This document shows, piece by piece, positions 47,944 to 56,189 of a DNA stretch of 62,884 nucleotides. Origin of the DNA: an uncultured virus (IMG/VR IMGVR_UViG_3300034021_001069). Its lineage: Duplodnaviria; Heunggongvirae; Uroviricota; Caudoviricetes. The stretch is taken from IMG/VR virus record IMGVR_UViG_3300034021_001069, one strand, 5' to 3'. Each line of letters opens with the position of its first letter. Position 1 is the first letter of the stretch. Position numbers and translations under genes: made by a program. The notes under the pieces are model-generated. The model was not told where the DNA came from. It saw only the letters and a list, made by a program, of their open reading frames with translations, and did not search any database.

Positions 47944-48357
47944 TTATGTTCTTTCTAGTAGGAATTCTACAGTTTGGATAATTGATTGACCGACAATAGT
48001 GTAATCAATTTCAACATTTAACTCATTATTATCTTCAGCAGAATAGATCCTAACATCTTGTAATTGAACTCTAGGTTCTAATCTTTGAACTGTATTATAT
48101 ATTTCCTCTTTAATATCTTCTTCTAAAAATGCATCATATGGCTCAAATAAAAGACCAGCTAGTTTAGATCCAATTTCTGGTTGAAATGGTCTTTCCCCTA
48201 AACTAGTCAATAGCAAATTTCTAATAGATTGCTTTATTGAATTTTCATTTTTAACCGTGCCAAAATCATTAGTAGCTGGATTTTGTGAAAATGATATCGA
48301 TAGATCTCGAAATCCCCTACTTGTAAATTTTTCTGATCGGAATCTATATGATGCCAT
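47944..48357 (-). CDS. gp25: Baseplate wedge subunit (GPW/gp25 family)
   Basis: FRDLSISF..NP...IKQSIRNLLLTSLGERPFQPEIGS...EPRV. Confidence 0.96.
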   Translation of the reverse strand: MASYRFRSEKFTSRGFRDLSISFSQNPATNDFGTVKNENSIKQSIRNLLLTSLGERPFQPEIGSKLAGLLFEPYDAFLEEDIKEEIYNTVQRLEPRVQLQDVRIYSAEDNNELNVEIDYTIVGQSIIQTVEFLLERT

Positions 48358-48561
48358 TTATTCGGTTAGCCACTCTGCGTAGTCATCAAATCCACCTTTT
48401 CCTCCACAAGGTCTAGAATATCGATTATTTGGAGGTAAATTTGGTGCAATTTGAAGTTTTTTGAGTAAAATATCTGATTTTGGATTTGTAATTAAAACAC
48501 ATGTTCCAAAATCTCTTTCCATTAACGAAGGAACCGTTTCAGGGTTTGGATTTATTGCCAT
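48358..48561 (-). CDS. Small hypothetical late protein, 67 aa
   Basis: Start refined to MAINPNPE at 48561, downstream of TATAAATA. Ends SRPCGGKGGFDDYAEW. Confidence 0.7.
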   Translation of the reverse strand: MAINPNPETVPSLMERDFGTCVLITNPKSDILLKKLQIAPNLPPNNRYSRPCGGKGGFDDYAEWLTE

Positions 48562-48620
48562 TTTTTTCTCTATAAAGGTAAAAAATGGAACTTTTATAGT
48601 GGTTGCTATCACTTTAAAAA

Positions 48621-48628
48621 TATTTATA
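48621..48628 (-). promoter_or_regulatory. T4 late promoter (TATAAATA)
   Basis: Perfect consensus at the head of the gp25-gp6-gp7 operon. Confidence 0.8.
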
Positions 48629-48631
48629 CGC

Positions 48632-49228
48632 CTATTTAATGAAAAATCCTCTTCTTTTAAAGTCTTCACTAGCGATATAACGATACTCATCAGACGGTGG
48701 GGTTATATTTTCATCCCAAACAGGCAAAGCGACACTATTGCCATGTTCAAAATCAGGATTATGCCTCAAATGCACTTCTATTAGGTGCTCTCCAATGAAT
48801 TCGCAGTTTATTTTTGGGTAATTGCCAACCAATTTTTGCAAAATTTTTGGAAAATCAATATTTTTTTCTACTTTTTCCCATTTTTCCCACAGGTAGAGGT
48901 CTTTGTTTTGACTTCTATATCCCTTAACTGTAAGAATTTGTTCTTTATTCAAATAATCAACACTAATATGCTCCCCTTCAAAGACTTGGCACCAAAATTC
49001 TCCAGGATGTAGGTCTGAAGTCTCACTTTCGATCCAAATAATTCGGGCGTTTCTTCCCATTCCGAGAACATTTGTTATTGGTCTGACAATATAAAAGTCG
49101 GGCTTGGGCACAAGTGCTCCCGCAGGACCACAAGTGTAACCCAATTCCCGACTTAAAATCAGTTTATCGAAAATCCAAAGGTCTTCATTACGACAATCTA
49201 GCCAGGCTAGATCATCTCTATCGTTCAT
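48632..49228 (-). CDS. ATP-grasp-like protein
   Basis: DKL.L...YIVRP...GMG.NA...FWCQVFEGEHISVDY...INCEF...LIEVHLR.NPDF matches the ATP-grasp motif order (IE-x-[NH]-x-R). Confidence 0.6.
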   Translation of the reverse strand: MNDRDDLAWLDCRNEDLWIFDKLILSRELGYTCGPAGALVPKPDFYIVRPITNVLGMGRNARIIWIESETSDLHPGEFWCQVFEGEHISVDYLNKEQILTVKGYRSQNKDLYLWEKWEKVEKNIDFPKILQKLVGNYPKINCEFIGEHLIEVHLRHNPDFEHGNSVALPVWDENITPPSDEYRYIASEDFKRRGFFIK

Positions 49229-49353
49229 CCTTGCCCCCTATAGCGTTTTTTTGCGTTATTGCGAGAAGTTGCAGCATACTTTGTATTTTTGCCAGTTCCT
49301 TGACGAGACTTTTTGGGCTTGCCAGGAACAAAGGATGTGTTTTTAATTGCCAT
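49225..49353 (-). CDS. Small basic peptide, 42 aa (..KKSRQG.G...KKRYRGQG)
   Basis: GGAGG RBS before ATG 49353; ATGA coupling to the ATP-grasp-like gene. Confidence 0.75.
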   Translation of the reverse strand: MAIKNTSFVPGKPKKSRQGTGKNTKYAATSRNNAKKRYRGQG

Positions 49354-49370
49354 AATACCTCCAAGAGACC

Positions 49371-49904
49371 CTATGATGATAGCACATTTGGTGACCCATA
49401 TGCAACCACTGAAGAGCATGGATACGATTTTCCTGGCTTGCCTGCTCCAAGAGGATCTAGCGCCCTAGCTACAGGTCTCTTCAATGCAAATACTTTAGCT
49501 GTAGTAGCTTGAACTACTCTAGGGTGACCTTTTCCCATCCCATCTTCTGTTGTAAGTAAGCTACAATTAACGGGAGTTGGAACTGGGCAAACTGAGTTAC
49601 CACATGGGCACATATAAACAATAATATTTGTGCATGGTGAAATATGAGGTGTAAATTTATCCCCATGTAACATAATTGGAATTCCATTAACTAATACTGT
49701 AGCGCGTCTAACATCTACAGCAGCTTGAGGAATTAATGGAAACGGAGGCCAAAAGCAACTAAAGTTTTTTATTCTTATAGATTTTGGTCTAGGTGGAGAT
49801 TTGCATGGCTGAACACTATGCTGAACAGGAGGCAGACATAGACCATGCCCACTACATGGTAGACCATTTAGAGATGCTACTGGCTTTTTAAACCCGTATG
49901 CCAT
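49371..49904 (-). CDS. PAAR-domain spike tip protein (T4 gp5.4-like), Cys-rich
   Basis: CSGH...FWPP...VLVNGIP...GD.F.PH...H...VFA..RPVAR..D...C...VAYGSPNV. Confidence 0.85.
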   Translation of the reverse strand: MAYGFKKPVASLNGLPCSGHGLCLPPVQHSVQPCKSPPRPKSIRIKNFSCFWPPFPLIPQAAVDVRRATVLVNGIPIMLHGDKFTPHISPCTNIIVYMCPCGNSVCPVPTPVNCSLLTTEDGMGKGHPRVVQATTAKVFALKRPVARALDPLGAGKPGKSYPCSSVVAYGSPNVLSS

Positions 49905-52900
49905 TATTCACACTCATCAAAGTATGGATTGCCAAAATTATTTATTGATCGAGCAAAAGCATAAGTTGCTCCCGATGCCCAATTTTTAACAATGAAATCA
50001 CCATCATACGAACCTAAAGGCATAATTAGCTCATCTGTTATTCGTTTTGGTTGAACAGCTATAGCTACGGAATTGACTGTATCCAATGCCCAACAACTAA
50101 ATCCAAAATATCCATATCCACCAATCAGTTCTGGCACCTGACAATATGTTTGCCCTGCTATTGGATCGCCATTGGCATCCCAACCACAATAAACATCTAA
50201 TACTCCGTTAGGGTTGCTTGCTGATCTAACGTAGCTATCCCAGCATTCATTAGGTGGTATACCACTTCCATTACATTGTTGAACTTGAATTTGTGTTACA
50301 TTGTAAGATTGACCTGGCAGTGGTTGACCCGTATTTGGATCGACAGCAGTTGAATTTGTAACTCTCGTTCCATACGCAAATTGACTTAAGTTGCCTCTTA
50401 GCCACATTTGAAACTGTTGGTATTCAGAATAATTATCTTGGTCATAATCAAAAGTATTTTCATCCAATCCAATTGGAATAAAGATGATATCATCTTGATC
50501 TACAGGATTTCTATAACACCTTCCATTAATTCCGTTTCTGGTGCAGTGCCAAGTTCTATATCCTCCTGCAGCCCTCTTTGGAGTTAATTTAGCTGCTGGT
50601 AGATTTTTAAGGAATGACATGAAGTTTTGACCCTGAGGACCAATAGTATGACCTTCTATATGAAGAGATACTTTAAATGATGCATCAGATGCTTGAGATG
50701 CACAATACTTATGAACCATCCATCCTACAGCCGTAACTTTATTTGTTTCTGGATCTAGTTCTCTAGTTGGGCAAGGAAGATCAACAAATCTAGTTGCATT
50801 ATATAATTTTGGTTGATCAATATCTGCACACCTTTGACCACCTTGGAATCCATAAACACCATTATAACGGGATCCAATAATATCTGCATTTGCACTAGCT
50901 TCAAATATACTTGGAAACCTTTGAGAAACCATATCAGAAGTTTCTTTTGATGCAGAAGTGAATCTCTGCATAAACTCTTCATCTAGATAATTATCTAAAT
51001 TTGCAATTCCTGGAAACTCTATACTGGCGCAAGAACTATTGATAGTTTGACAAATTCTAGTTTTGCTATCTGGATCAATTTCTGCTACTTTAATATATGA
51101 TGTTGGATAATCTAGGGAAGTTCCCTCAAACATCGTATTGATTGCATTAGTAACTGCTTCTTGTGGGCTAGCAACATATAAGTTTTTGAACTTATCCATG
51201 CCGCCCATAAAATCATCAAATTGCCCAGATAGCTTATCAACATCTGTTCCTTGATAATTATCTTTCCTGGTATCATACTCAGGATCAACAATGAAAACTT
51301 TTGGTGGATTGTCTGCTCTATATCCAGAACCAGGATTCGTAACGTTAATTGATAATATTCTACCCTCTGGGCTTAGATTAGCAACCTCAGCAGCTGCAGT
51401 TTGCATTATTCTATTTCCATCAGAAGCAGTATCTTGAGCCCCCTGATTACCATAGCTATATGCTGCTATTTGAATACTCTGTAATCCTAAATCTGATAAG
51501 TTATCGGATTCCTTTTTAGCAATAAAATCACCATCATTGGTAATTGACCTAGCAACTTGATTTGCTGCATCCTGTGGGCTATAAGGTTCTAATCCTTCTG
51601 GTGTGGATATAGTAATCTTAGGGCTTTTATATCCTGTGCCTGCATTGATTATATTAATGCCAACTACCTTTCCATTTTCGATGATTGCTTCAGCTTCAGC
51701 CTCATCCAAATTCCTATGAGGTATTAGTGCCTTTTCATCTAGGAAAACTTTATAGTATGAAAGCTTTTTGGGGAATTCATAAACTCCAAAAAACGCTGCT
51801 TTATTTTTAATTCCATAACCAGCCATAACAATAGCAGTCGCACCATCAGCACTTGTTATTGTTTGGTTTGCAGAAAATACTTGACCATTTCCTGTAGCAG
51901 GATTAATTTCAGTTAATGAGATATAACCACACTTTAACTCATCACCAAAATAACGTATCTCAGATATTAACCAACCGTTAAGAAAATCTCCTCTTCTAAA
52001 CGCACCAGTCGAAGATGTATATCTAAAGAATATTCTTTTGGTTTCTGTGTCTGCGGTCCAGAAAGATTCATTTACTCTTCTAGACTTGATATCAGTTAAT
52101 GTGATTTTAGATTTTGTTGTTTGCCAAGAGTCTGGTCTAACTTGATAGAAATGACTTTTATAAACATACTGAACATCGATGACATTTCCATTCTCATCTA
52201 CAGGGGCACATGGAACGTTGTTTAAAGAATAGTTAAGCCCAAATATAGGACCATTCCATGGATATGTGGTATCATACACATAATAAACGAATTGAGATTC
52301 ATATGCAGTCTCAAATCCTAGGAATCTTGGAACAGCACCTTTAACTGCACCATTAACTCCATAAGACCATTCAAAGTTTGCTTCATCACTTGTAATAGCA
52401 ACAATATCCTCTTCTCCCCAATTTATTTGGTTTGGGATCTCTTGTATTCTTCTGTATGAAAAATAACTGTATAACCCTTGACTTGCATATTGATACCAAC
52501 CAGACTTATCAACACATTGACCAGTCGGACCTAATTGACCGATATCCGCAATGGTTCTTCTTTCACCCAATCCATAGGGATCCATGAACACATAGCCTAG
52601 TGTTCCTTGATATACATAATCTCCAGCAAATACTTGACTAGGAGATCCTGGAACAGGATGTGGCTGAAGATTAACTTCCTCTTGCGCACTAGTTGTATAG
52701 AAGTCATCAATCTTTCCATTCTTATTATAACGATAATGATATAATGGTCTAGCAGCTTCACCTGGCTTTAGATACGGTGCAGCATTGCCAGCAGAAGATG
52801 CAATATAACCAGCAAAAATTACAAGACTATAACCAGAGTCTGGAGTAGAACTGGTTGTTAATCTTGTATTATTAGCAGAGGCACTATAATGAATATAGAT

Positions 52901-53275
52901 GGGAATCAACCCTGTGCCTGGCTTAGTTATGAAATAGAAAATAGGTCTACCACTATGTGGTTCTTTATTATAACCACGCAGTTTATTTTTTAAATCATTC
53001 GTTTCACCAGGAAGATCTTCAATATCTAATTCCTGATCTATAGAATACTTGTGATCTAAATGTCTACCATTATACCAACGATAAATCGATTGCCTGGATC
53101 CATTACACCCAGCAACACAAACAGATTCTTGAGATCCAATATAAAAGACCTCATCCTTACCTAAAGGAAGAGATCCAGGACCTTCGCCATAAAATTCAAT
53201 CCCTAATGATTCGTATGTCGTGCCATCAATAGGATTTGGATATGATCGACCAGTTGCTTCAATAAAAGCAGGCAT
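49904..53275 (-). CDS. Large virion structural protein with N-terminal DUF5648-like repeats, 1123 aa
   Basis: IYRWYN...DHKYS / PIYIHYS / PLYHY...DDFYTT..EE...Y.YQG.LGY repeats, plus GxGY-P repeats. Confidence 0.75.
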   Translation of the reverse strand: MPAFIEATGRSYPNPIDGTTYESLGIEFYGEGPGSLPLGKDEVFYIGSQESVCVAGCNGSRQSIYRWYNGRHLDHKYSIDQELDIEDLPGETNDLKNKLRGYNKEPHSGRPIFYFITKPGTGLIPIYIHYSASANNTRLTTSSTPDSGYSLVIFAGYIASSAGNAAPYLKPGEAARPLYHYRYNKNGKIDDFYTTSAQEEVNLQPHPVPGSPSQVFAGDYVYQGTLGYVFMDPYGLGERRTIADIGQLGPTGQCVDKSGWYQYASQGLYSYFSYRRIQEIPNQINWGEEDIVAITSDEANFEWSYGVNGAVKGAVPRFLGFETAYESQFVYYVYDTTYPWNGPIFGLNYSLNNVPCAPVDENGNVIDVQYVYKSHFYQVRPDSWQTTKSKITLTDIKSRRVNESFWTADTETKRIFFRYTSSTGAFRRGDFLNGWLISEIRYFGDELKCGYISLTEINPATGNGQVFSANQTITSADGATAIVMAGYGIKNKAAFFGVYEFPKKLSYYKVFLDEKALIPHRNLDEAEAEAIIENGKVVGINIINAGTGYKSPKITISTPEGLEPYSPQDAANQVARSITNDGDFIAKKESDNLSDLGLQSIQIAAYSYGNQGAQDTASDGNRIMQTAAAEVANLSPEGRILSINVTNPGSGYRADNPPKVFIVDPEYDTRKDNYQGTDVDKLSGQFDDFMGGMDKFKNLYVASPQEAVTNAINTMFEGTSLDYPTSYIKVAEIDPDSKTRICQTINSSCASIEFPGIANLDNYLDEEFMQRFTSASKETSDMVSQRFPSIFEASANADIIGSRYNGVYGFQGGQRCADIDQPKLYNATRFVDLPCPTRELDPETNKVTAVGWMVHKYCASQASDASFKVSLHIEGHTIGPQGQNFMSFLKNLPAAKLTPKRAAGGYRTWHCTRNGINGRCYRNPVDQDDIIFIPIGLDENTFDYDQDNYSEYQQFQMWLRGNLSQFAYGTRVTNSTAVDPNTGQPLPGQSYNVTQIQVQQCNGSGIPPNECWDSYVRSASNPNGVLDVYCGWDANGDPIAGQTYCQVPELIGGYGYFGFSCWALDTVNSVAIAVQPKRITDELIMPLGSYDGDFIVKNWASGATYAFARSINNFGNPYFDECE

Positions 53276-53529
53276 TACTCAATAATATTCTTTTCTTCGA
53301 TCTTATTTAGCCTGCCATACAGATCATCAAACAATTGCTTGATATTCAAATGTTCATCTTGACCCTCTGGCTTGTATTGAATCATATTTACATCAAACTT
53401 AGGAATCAATTTGAGATGACTCTCAATAGCAGCAATACGATTACTTAGATTAGTTAATGTCTCTGCTATAACACTTAAAGCAAATTCATTCTCTTCCCAT
53501 TTATCTTTAAACTTCGGTATTTCTTTCAT
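53275..53529 (-). CDS. Hypothetical coiled-coil protein
   Basis: Likely start MKEIPKF at 53529; ..IQYKPEG...LNIKQLFDDLYGRL. Confidence 0.7.
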   Translation of the reverse strand: MKEIPKFKDKWEENEFALSVIAETLTNLSNRIAAIESHLKLIPKFDVNMIQYKPEGQDEHLNIKQLFDDLYGRLNKIEEKNIIE

Positions 53530-53613
53530 GGTATGGTTCAAACGGTTTTCGAACGGGTTTTTACGGTTTTTTGAAAGGGTTTTTCAGAGGGTTCTCAAAA
53601 GCTTCACTAACAA

Positions 53614-53781
53614 TCAGAGATCTTCTGTAACCAGTGAAAGAATGATTGTCTCACCATCCAAATCATACTGAAGTCTACTTTCTTCAGTTAATCCCATTTC
53701 ATCTACTACACTGTCAGGGAGTGTGATATAATATTCACCTGAGGAATCAACTTCAACTGTGAGGGTGTATCTTTTTGACAT
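53614..53781 (-). CDS. AbrB/MazE/SpoVT-like DNA-binding protein, 55 aa
   Basis: Not in the ORF track. MSKRYTLTVEVDSSGEYYITLPDSVVDEMGLTEESRLQYDLDGETIIL fits the swapped-hairpin pattern. Confidence 0.7.
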   Translation of the reverse strand: MSKRYTLTVEVDSSGEYYITLPDSVVDEMGLTEESRLQYDLDGETIILSLVTEDL

Positions 53782-53828
53782 ATACTATACGATAACTTCT
53801 GAGGGTATATAGTCGATTTAATCTAAGC

Positions 53829-53945
53829 TTAATCTTTCTGATCATGTATAATTTGTATGCCCACAATAGGCACCAAAATAAGCAGTAAGGAGAGGATACC
53901 CACCCCCCACTGCGATTCTAGGATTGTTCTGATGATATGAGTCAT
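53829..53945 (-). CDS. Small single-TM protein, 38 aa
   Basis: Manual translation MTHIIRTILESQWGVGILSLLLILVPIVGIQIIHDQKD; ATGA overlap with the upstream gene. Confidence 0.6.
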   Translation of the reverse strand: MTHIIRTILESQWGVGILSLLLILVPIVGIQIIHDQKD

Positions 53946-54250
53946 TTCTCTATCATCCAGGTTAAGTAATTGTTAATTTCTTCACATCTATCTTTTACAA
54001 GTTCACTCGGAATTGCACTGAAATGTTTGTTATAGGTGTGTAACCAATGTCTCATTAATTGTGAGGCATCTTCTGTTATTCCGAAACATGCAGATAATTT
54101 GGTATACAAGACAATGACTGCCAAATTATCTGATACTTCGGTGTCATAGTCTAACTCCAATTCCTCACATGCTTTGCGGGCGGCATTCTCTAGGATCCTC
54201 TCCTCTTCTCGTTCTGAGATAATCCCATCCATTTGTAGACTTGCTTCCAT
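53942..54250 (-). CDS. Protein resembling Xre/MbcA/ParS antitoxin C-terminal domain
   Basis: LY..L...FG......MRHWL.TYN..F.A.P.EL......I..YL pattern. Confidence 0.55.
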   Translation of the reverse strand: MEASLQMDGIISEREEERILENAARKACEELELDYDTEVSDNLAVIVLYTKLSACFGITEDASQLMRHWLHTYNKHFSAIPSELVKDRCEEINNYLTWMIEK

Positions 54251-54399
54251 GTGTTCACTCCAATGATTTTACACGTTTCTCCGAGGCATATTATAATATA
54301 CCACACCTCCTCTCTGAAAAACCTATACAGCCCATTTTTTTCCTGGGGAATTTTTTTATATATCCTTTGAGGGGAGGTAGCCCTTTCTATATACGTCAT
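54190..54399 (-). CDS. Hypothetical protein
   Basis: 69-aa ORF overlapping the next gene. Confidence 0.5.
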   Translation of the reverse strand: MTYIERATSPQRIYKKIPQEKNGLYRFFREEVWYIIICLGETCKIIGVNTWKQVYKWMGLSQNEKRRGS

Positions 54400-54520
54400 C
54401 TGTAATCCTTCGATATCTAGCTAGCGAGAGCAATACTTTATAGCTTAGGGTTGTTAGGCTTTTTTATATACCCGCCCCCAGGGCTAAGACAAACACCACA
54501 AATACACTGCCATTCTTTAT

Positions 54521-54569
54521 ACTAACTGAGAGGGCGCTAGATGACTCTCTGAGCCCTCTCTGAGTTAGT
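54521..54569 (-). terminator. Long inverted repeat at the end of the early transcription unit (putative terminator or structured element)
   Basis: ACTAACT-GAGAGGGC ... GCCCTCTC-TG-AGTTAGT directly after stop 54571; no clear U-tract. Confidence 0.45.
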
Positions 54570-54570
54570 G

Positions 54571-54762
54571 TTAGTCTACTACCCCCACATCATAACAGAA
54601 ACCCTCCCAGATAAAGTAATCACAAAGCTTTTGAATTTGTGTGCCATGCATCTGATCATGTAGCCCTGTGTCGATAAGAAACTGTGCTAGCTCGATCTGT
54701 TCATCAGGTGGCAATTGCCCCTCTTCATAGATATCAAGCATCACCTTGTATTTGTTAGGCAT
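54571..54762 (-). CDS. Small acidic helical protein (paralog of 59237-59404)
   Basis: YEEGQL..DE...L.Q.LID.G...G...I.EG. Confidence 0.7.
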   Translation of the reverse strand: MPNKYKVMLDIYEEGQLPPDEQIELAQFLIDTGLHDQMHGTQIQKLCDYFIWEGFCYDVGVVD

Positions 54763-54764
54763 AA

Positions 54765-54938
54765 TCAGACCACTGCGTAGGAGTAAGCTATAGCATCACG
54801 TTCGGCGTCGTGTATACTCTTGAATGGTCCATTCTTAGGGCAACCATCATAATCGTATGCCCAGTAAAACTTACCATTCTTCTCCCATATCTTGACATCT
54901 ACTGCAGGAGAGTTCTTGTCAGTTAGTGTGCGTTTCAT
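54765..54938 (-). CDS. Hypothetical protein, 57 aa
   Basis: Manual translation MKRTLTDKNSPAVDVKIWEKNGKFYWAYDYDGCPKNGPFKSIHDAERDAIAYSYAVV; tightly packed with neighbours. Confidence 0.65.
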   Translation of the reverse strand: MKRTLTDKNSPAVDVKIWEKNGKFYWAYDYDGCPKNGPFKSIHDAERDAIAYSYAVV

Positions 54939-54941
54939 TCG

Positions 54942-55079
54942 TTAGCTCCAGTCACCACGATCAGTTATATCAAAGTCGCCTGCAGCTAGATCATCAAATT
55001 CAAGCTCGTCATTCTCGTCGGATTCAGATAGAAACTCATCCACCCAGTGTGTATCAAATTGATCGTAAATCTCAGGCAT
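54942..55079 (-). CDS. Very acidic peptide, 45 aa
   Basis: Manual translation MPEIYDQFDTHWVDEFLSESDENDELEFDDLAAGDFDITDRGDWS; GAGGAG RBS upstream. Confidence 0.65.
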   Translation of the reverse strand: MPEIYDQFDTHWVDEFLSESDENDELEFDDLAAGDFDITDRGDWS

Positions 55080-55080
55080 T

Positions 55081-55272
55081 TCAGAACTCCTCGTCAATGT
55101 CATAAGTGAAGTTTTTAGTGCGTTTTGATGTAGTATCTTTCAGGTCAACATCGTAGTTATCAGCATAGCCCTCGAATGTGTTTCGATATGCTTTGCCTGC
55201 CCTACGCTTCTCCCTGATTGACTTCGGGCGTTGCGATGAATAGTAATCGTTACGTTTGTAAGTGCGACCCAT
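55081..55272 (-). CDS. Hypothetical protein with basic N-terminus and acidic C-terminus
   Basis: Start refined to MGRTYKRN at 55272, downstream of a sigma70 promoter. Confidence 0.7.
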   Translation of the reverse strand: MGRTYKRNDYYSSQRPKSIREKRRAGKAYRNTFEGYADNYDVDLKDTTSKRTKNFTYDIDEEF

Positions 55273-55307
55273 TGAATTAGTGAAATTGAACTGCAAACAA
55301 CTTATGT

Positions 55308-55336
55308 ATCTTAGAAGATTCGATCCCCTTTGTCAA
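55308..55336 (-). promoter_or_regulatory. Sigma70-type early promoter
   Basis: TTGACA-17 nt-TAAGAT. Confidence 0.75.
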
Positions 55337-55371
55337 TACCCTCTGAGAGCGCTCTGTGTGCCTCTGTGTGC

Positions 55372-55400
55372 TTGACAAATCGGTCTCGTTAGAGTAACAT
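55372..55400 (+). promoter_or_regulatory. Sigma70-type promoter on the + strand (divergent, no ORF downstream)
   Basis: TTGACA-17 nt-TAACAT. Confidence 0.55.
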
Positions 55401-55522
55401 CCGAGACAACAACACTCGGAGGCATTTAGAGAAACAAAAGACTCATCTAGACATATATCAAAGGTTTTCGTGGATATTTATCTAAATACACACATTTCAA
55501 ACATATATTTTTTAACATATTT

Positions 55523-56170
55523 TTAATCTGCGGAAATTGTATCCAAAGGCACAACATTAAAGGAGAGAGTGATACGTTCTGGGTTGTAGTTTAGTTCATA
55601 ACCATGAGTAAGATTACTCTGATGAATGATAACATCACCTTCTCTCTGTGGTGTTTGCGCTTCGACCATATTGAATGGAGTGATAACAGGATCAGCTTGT
55701 AATTGGATAACAGGAAAGAATGGAGATTGAACGTTACGTCTAAACTTTAGAGCTGAGTGATTGTCTGGATTAAAGTTAACAAAATAGGTTCCTGAATAGA
55801 TTGAATTAGAATGTTCATGAGGAGCATAGAATGCATTTTCATTTGCTATCTCTAGATACGATTCTTTGATATCAAATTGACAGGAGTAATTGAATGTTTG
55901 TTGGTTATGGAATTGAACAGCGTTTAGGAGATCTTGTTTTAGTTGAGGGAATTGATCTAGGATATTAAGTTGATCAGAGATTTGATCTACATTTTGACAC
56001 CAGGAGGAGCGTTGGTTTGGATAGATTTTTTGAGTGCGAATCCAGTGAAGGATATCACCTTTGTGTTGTGAATGTTGATCTAATTCATACCTTGTTACGG
56101 GGGTCATGAATAGACCGAATGTATCACGTTTTGCTTCAGGTAGTTGATCAGATAGTTGAGTCATATTCAA
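55523..56170 (-). CDS. Putative 2OG-Fe(II) oxygenase (TIGR02466-like)
   Basis: LFMTPV...PHEHSNSIYSGTYFV...EGDVII..S.L.H...N....RITLSFNV. Confidence 0.88.
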   Translation of the reverse strand: MNMTQLSDQLPEAKRDTFGLFMTPVTRYELDQHSQHKGDILHWIRTQKIYPNQRSSWCQNVDQISDQLNILDQFPQLKQDLLNAVQFHNQQTFNYSCQFDIKESYLEIANENAFYAPHEHSNSIYSGTYFVNFNPDNHSALKFRRNVQSPFFPVIQLQADPVITPFNMVEAQTPQREGDVIIHQSNLTHGYELNYNPERITLSFNVVPLDTISAD

Positions 56171-56189
56171 TTCGATTGTGGTATTCTAT

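Noticed and set aside
53560..53620. Possible frameshift extension of the AbrB-like ORF into SLIVSEAFENPLKNPFKKP
   Set aside because: No slippery site or start codon is evident; the tract is better treated as a non-coding repeat.
54400..54570. Possible tRNA in the ORF-free gap
   Set aside because: No cloverleaf, no TTCGAA T-loop and no CCA end could be built by eye; tRNAscan-SE would settle it.
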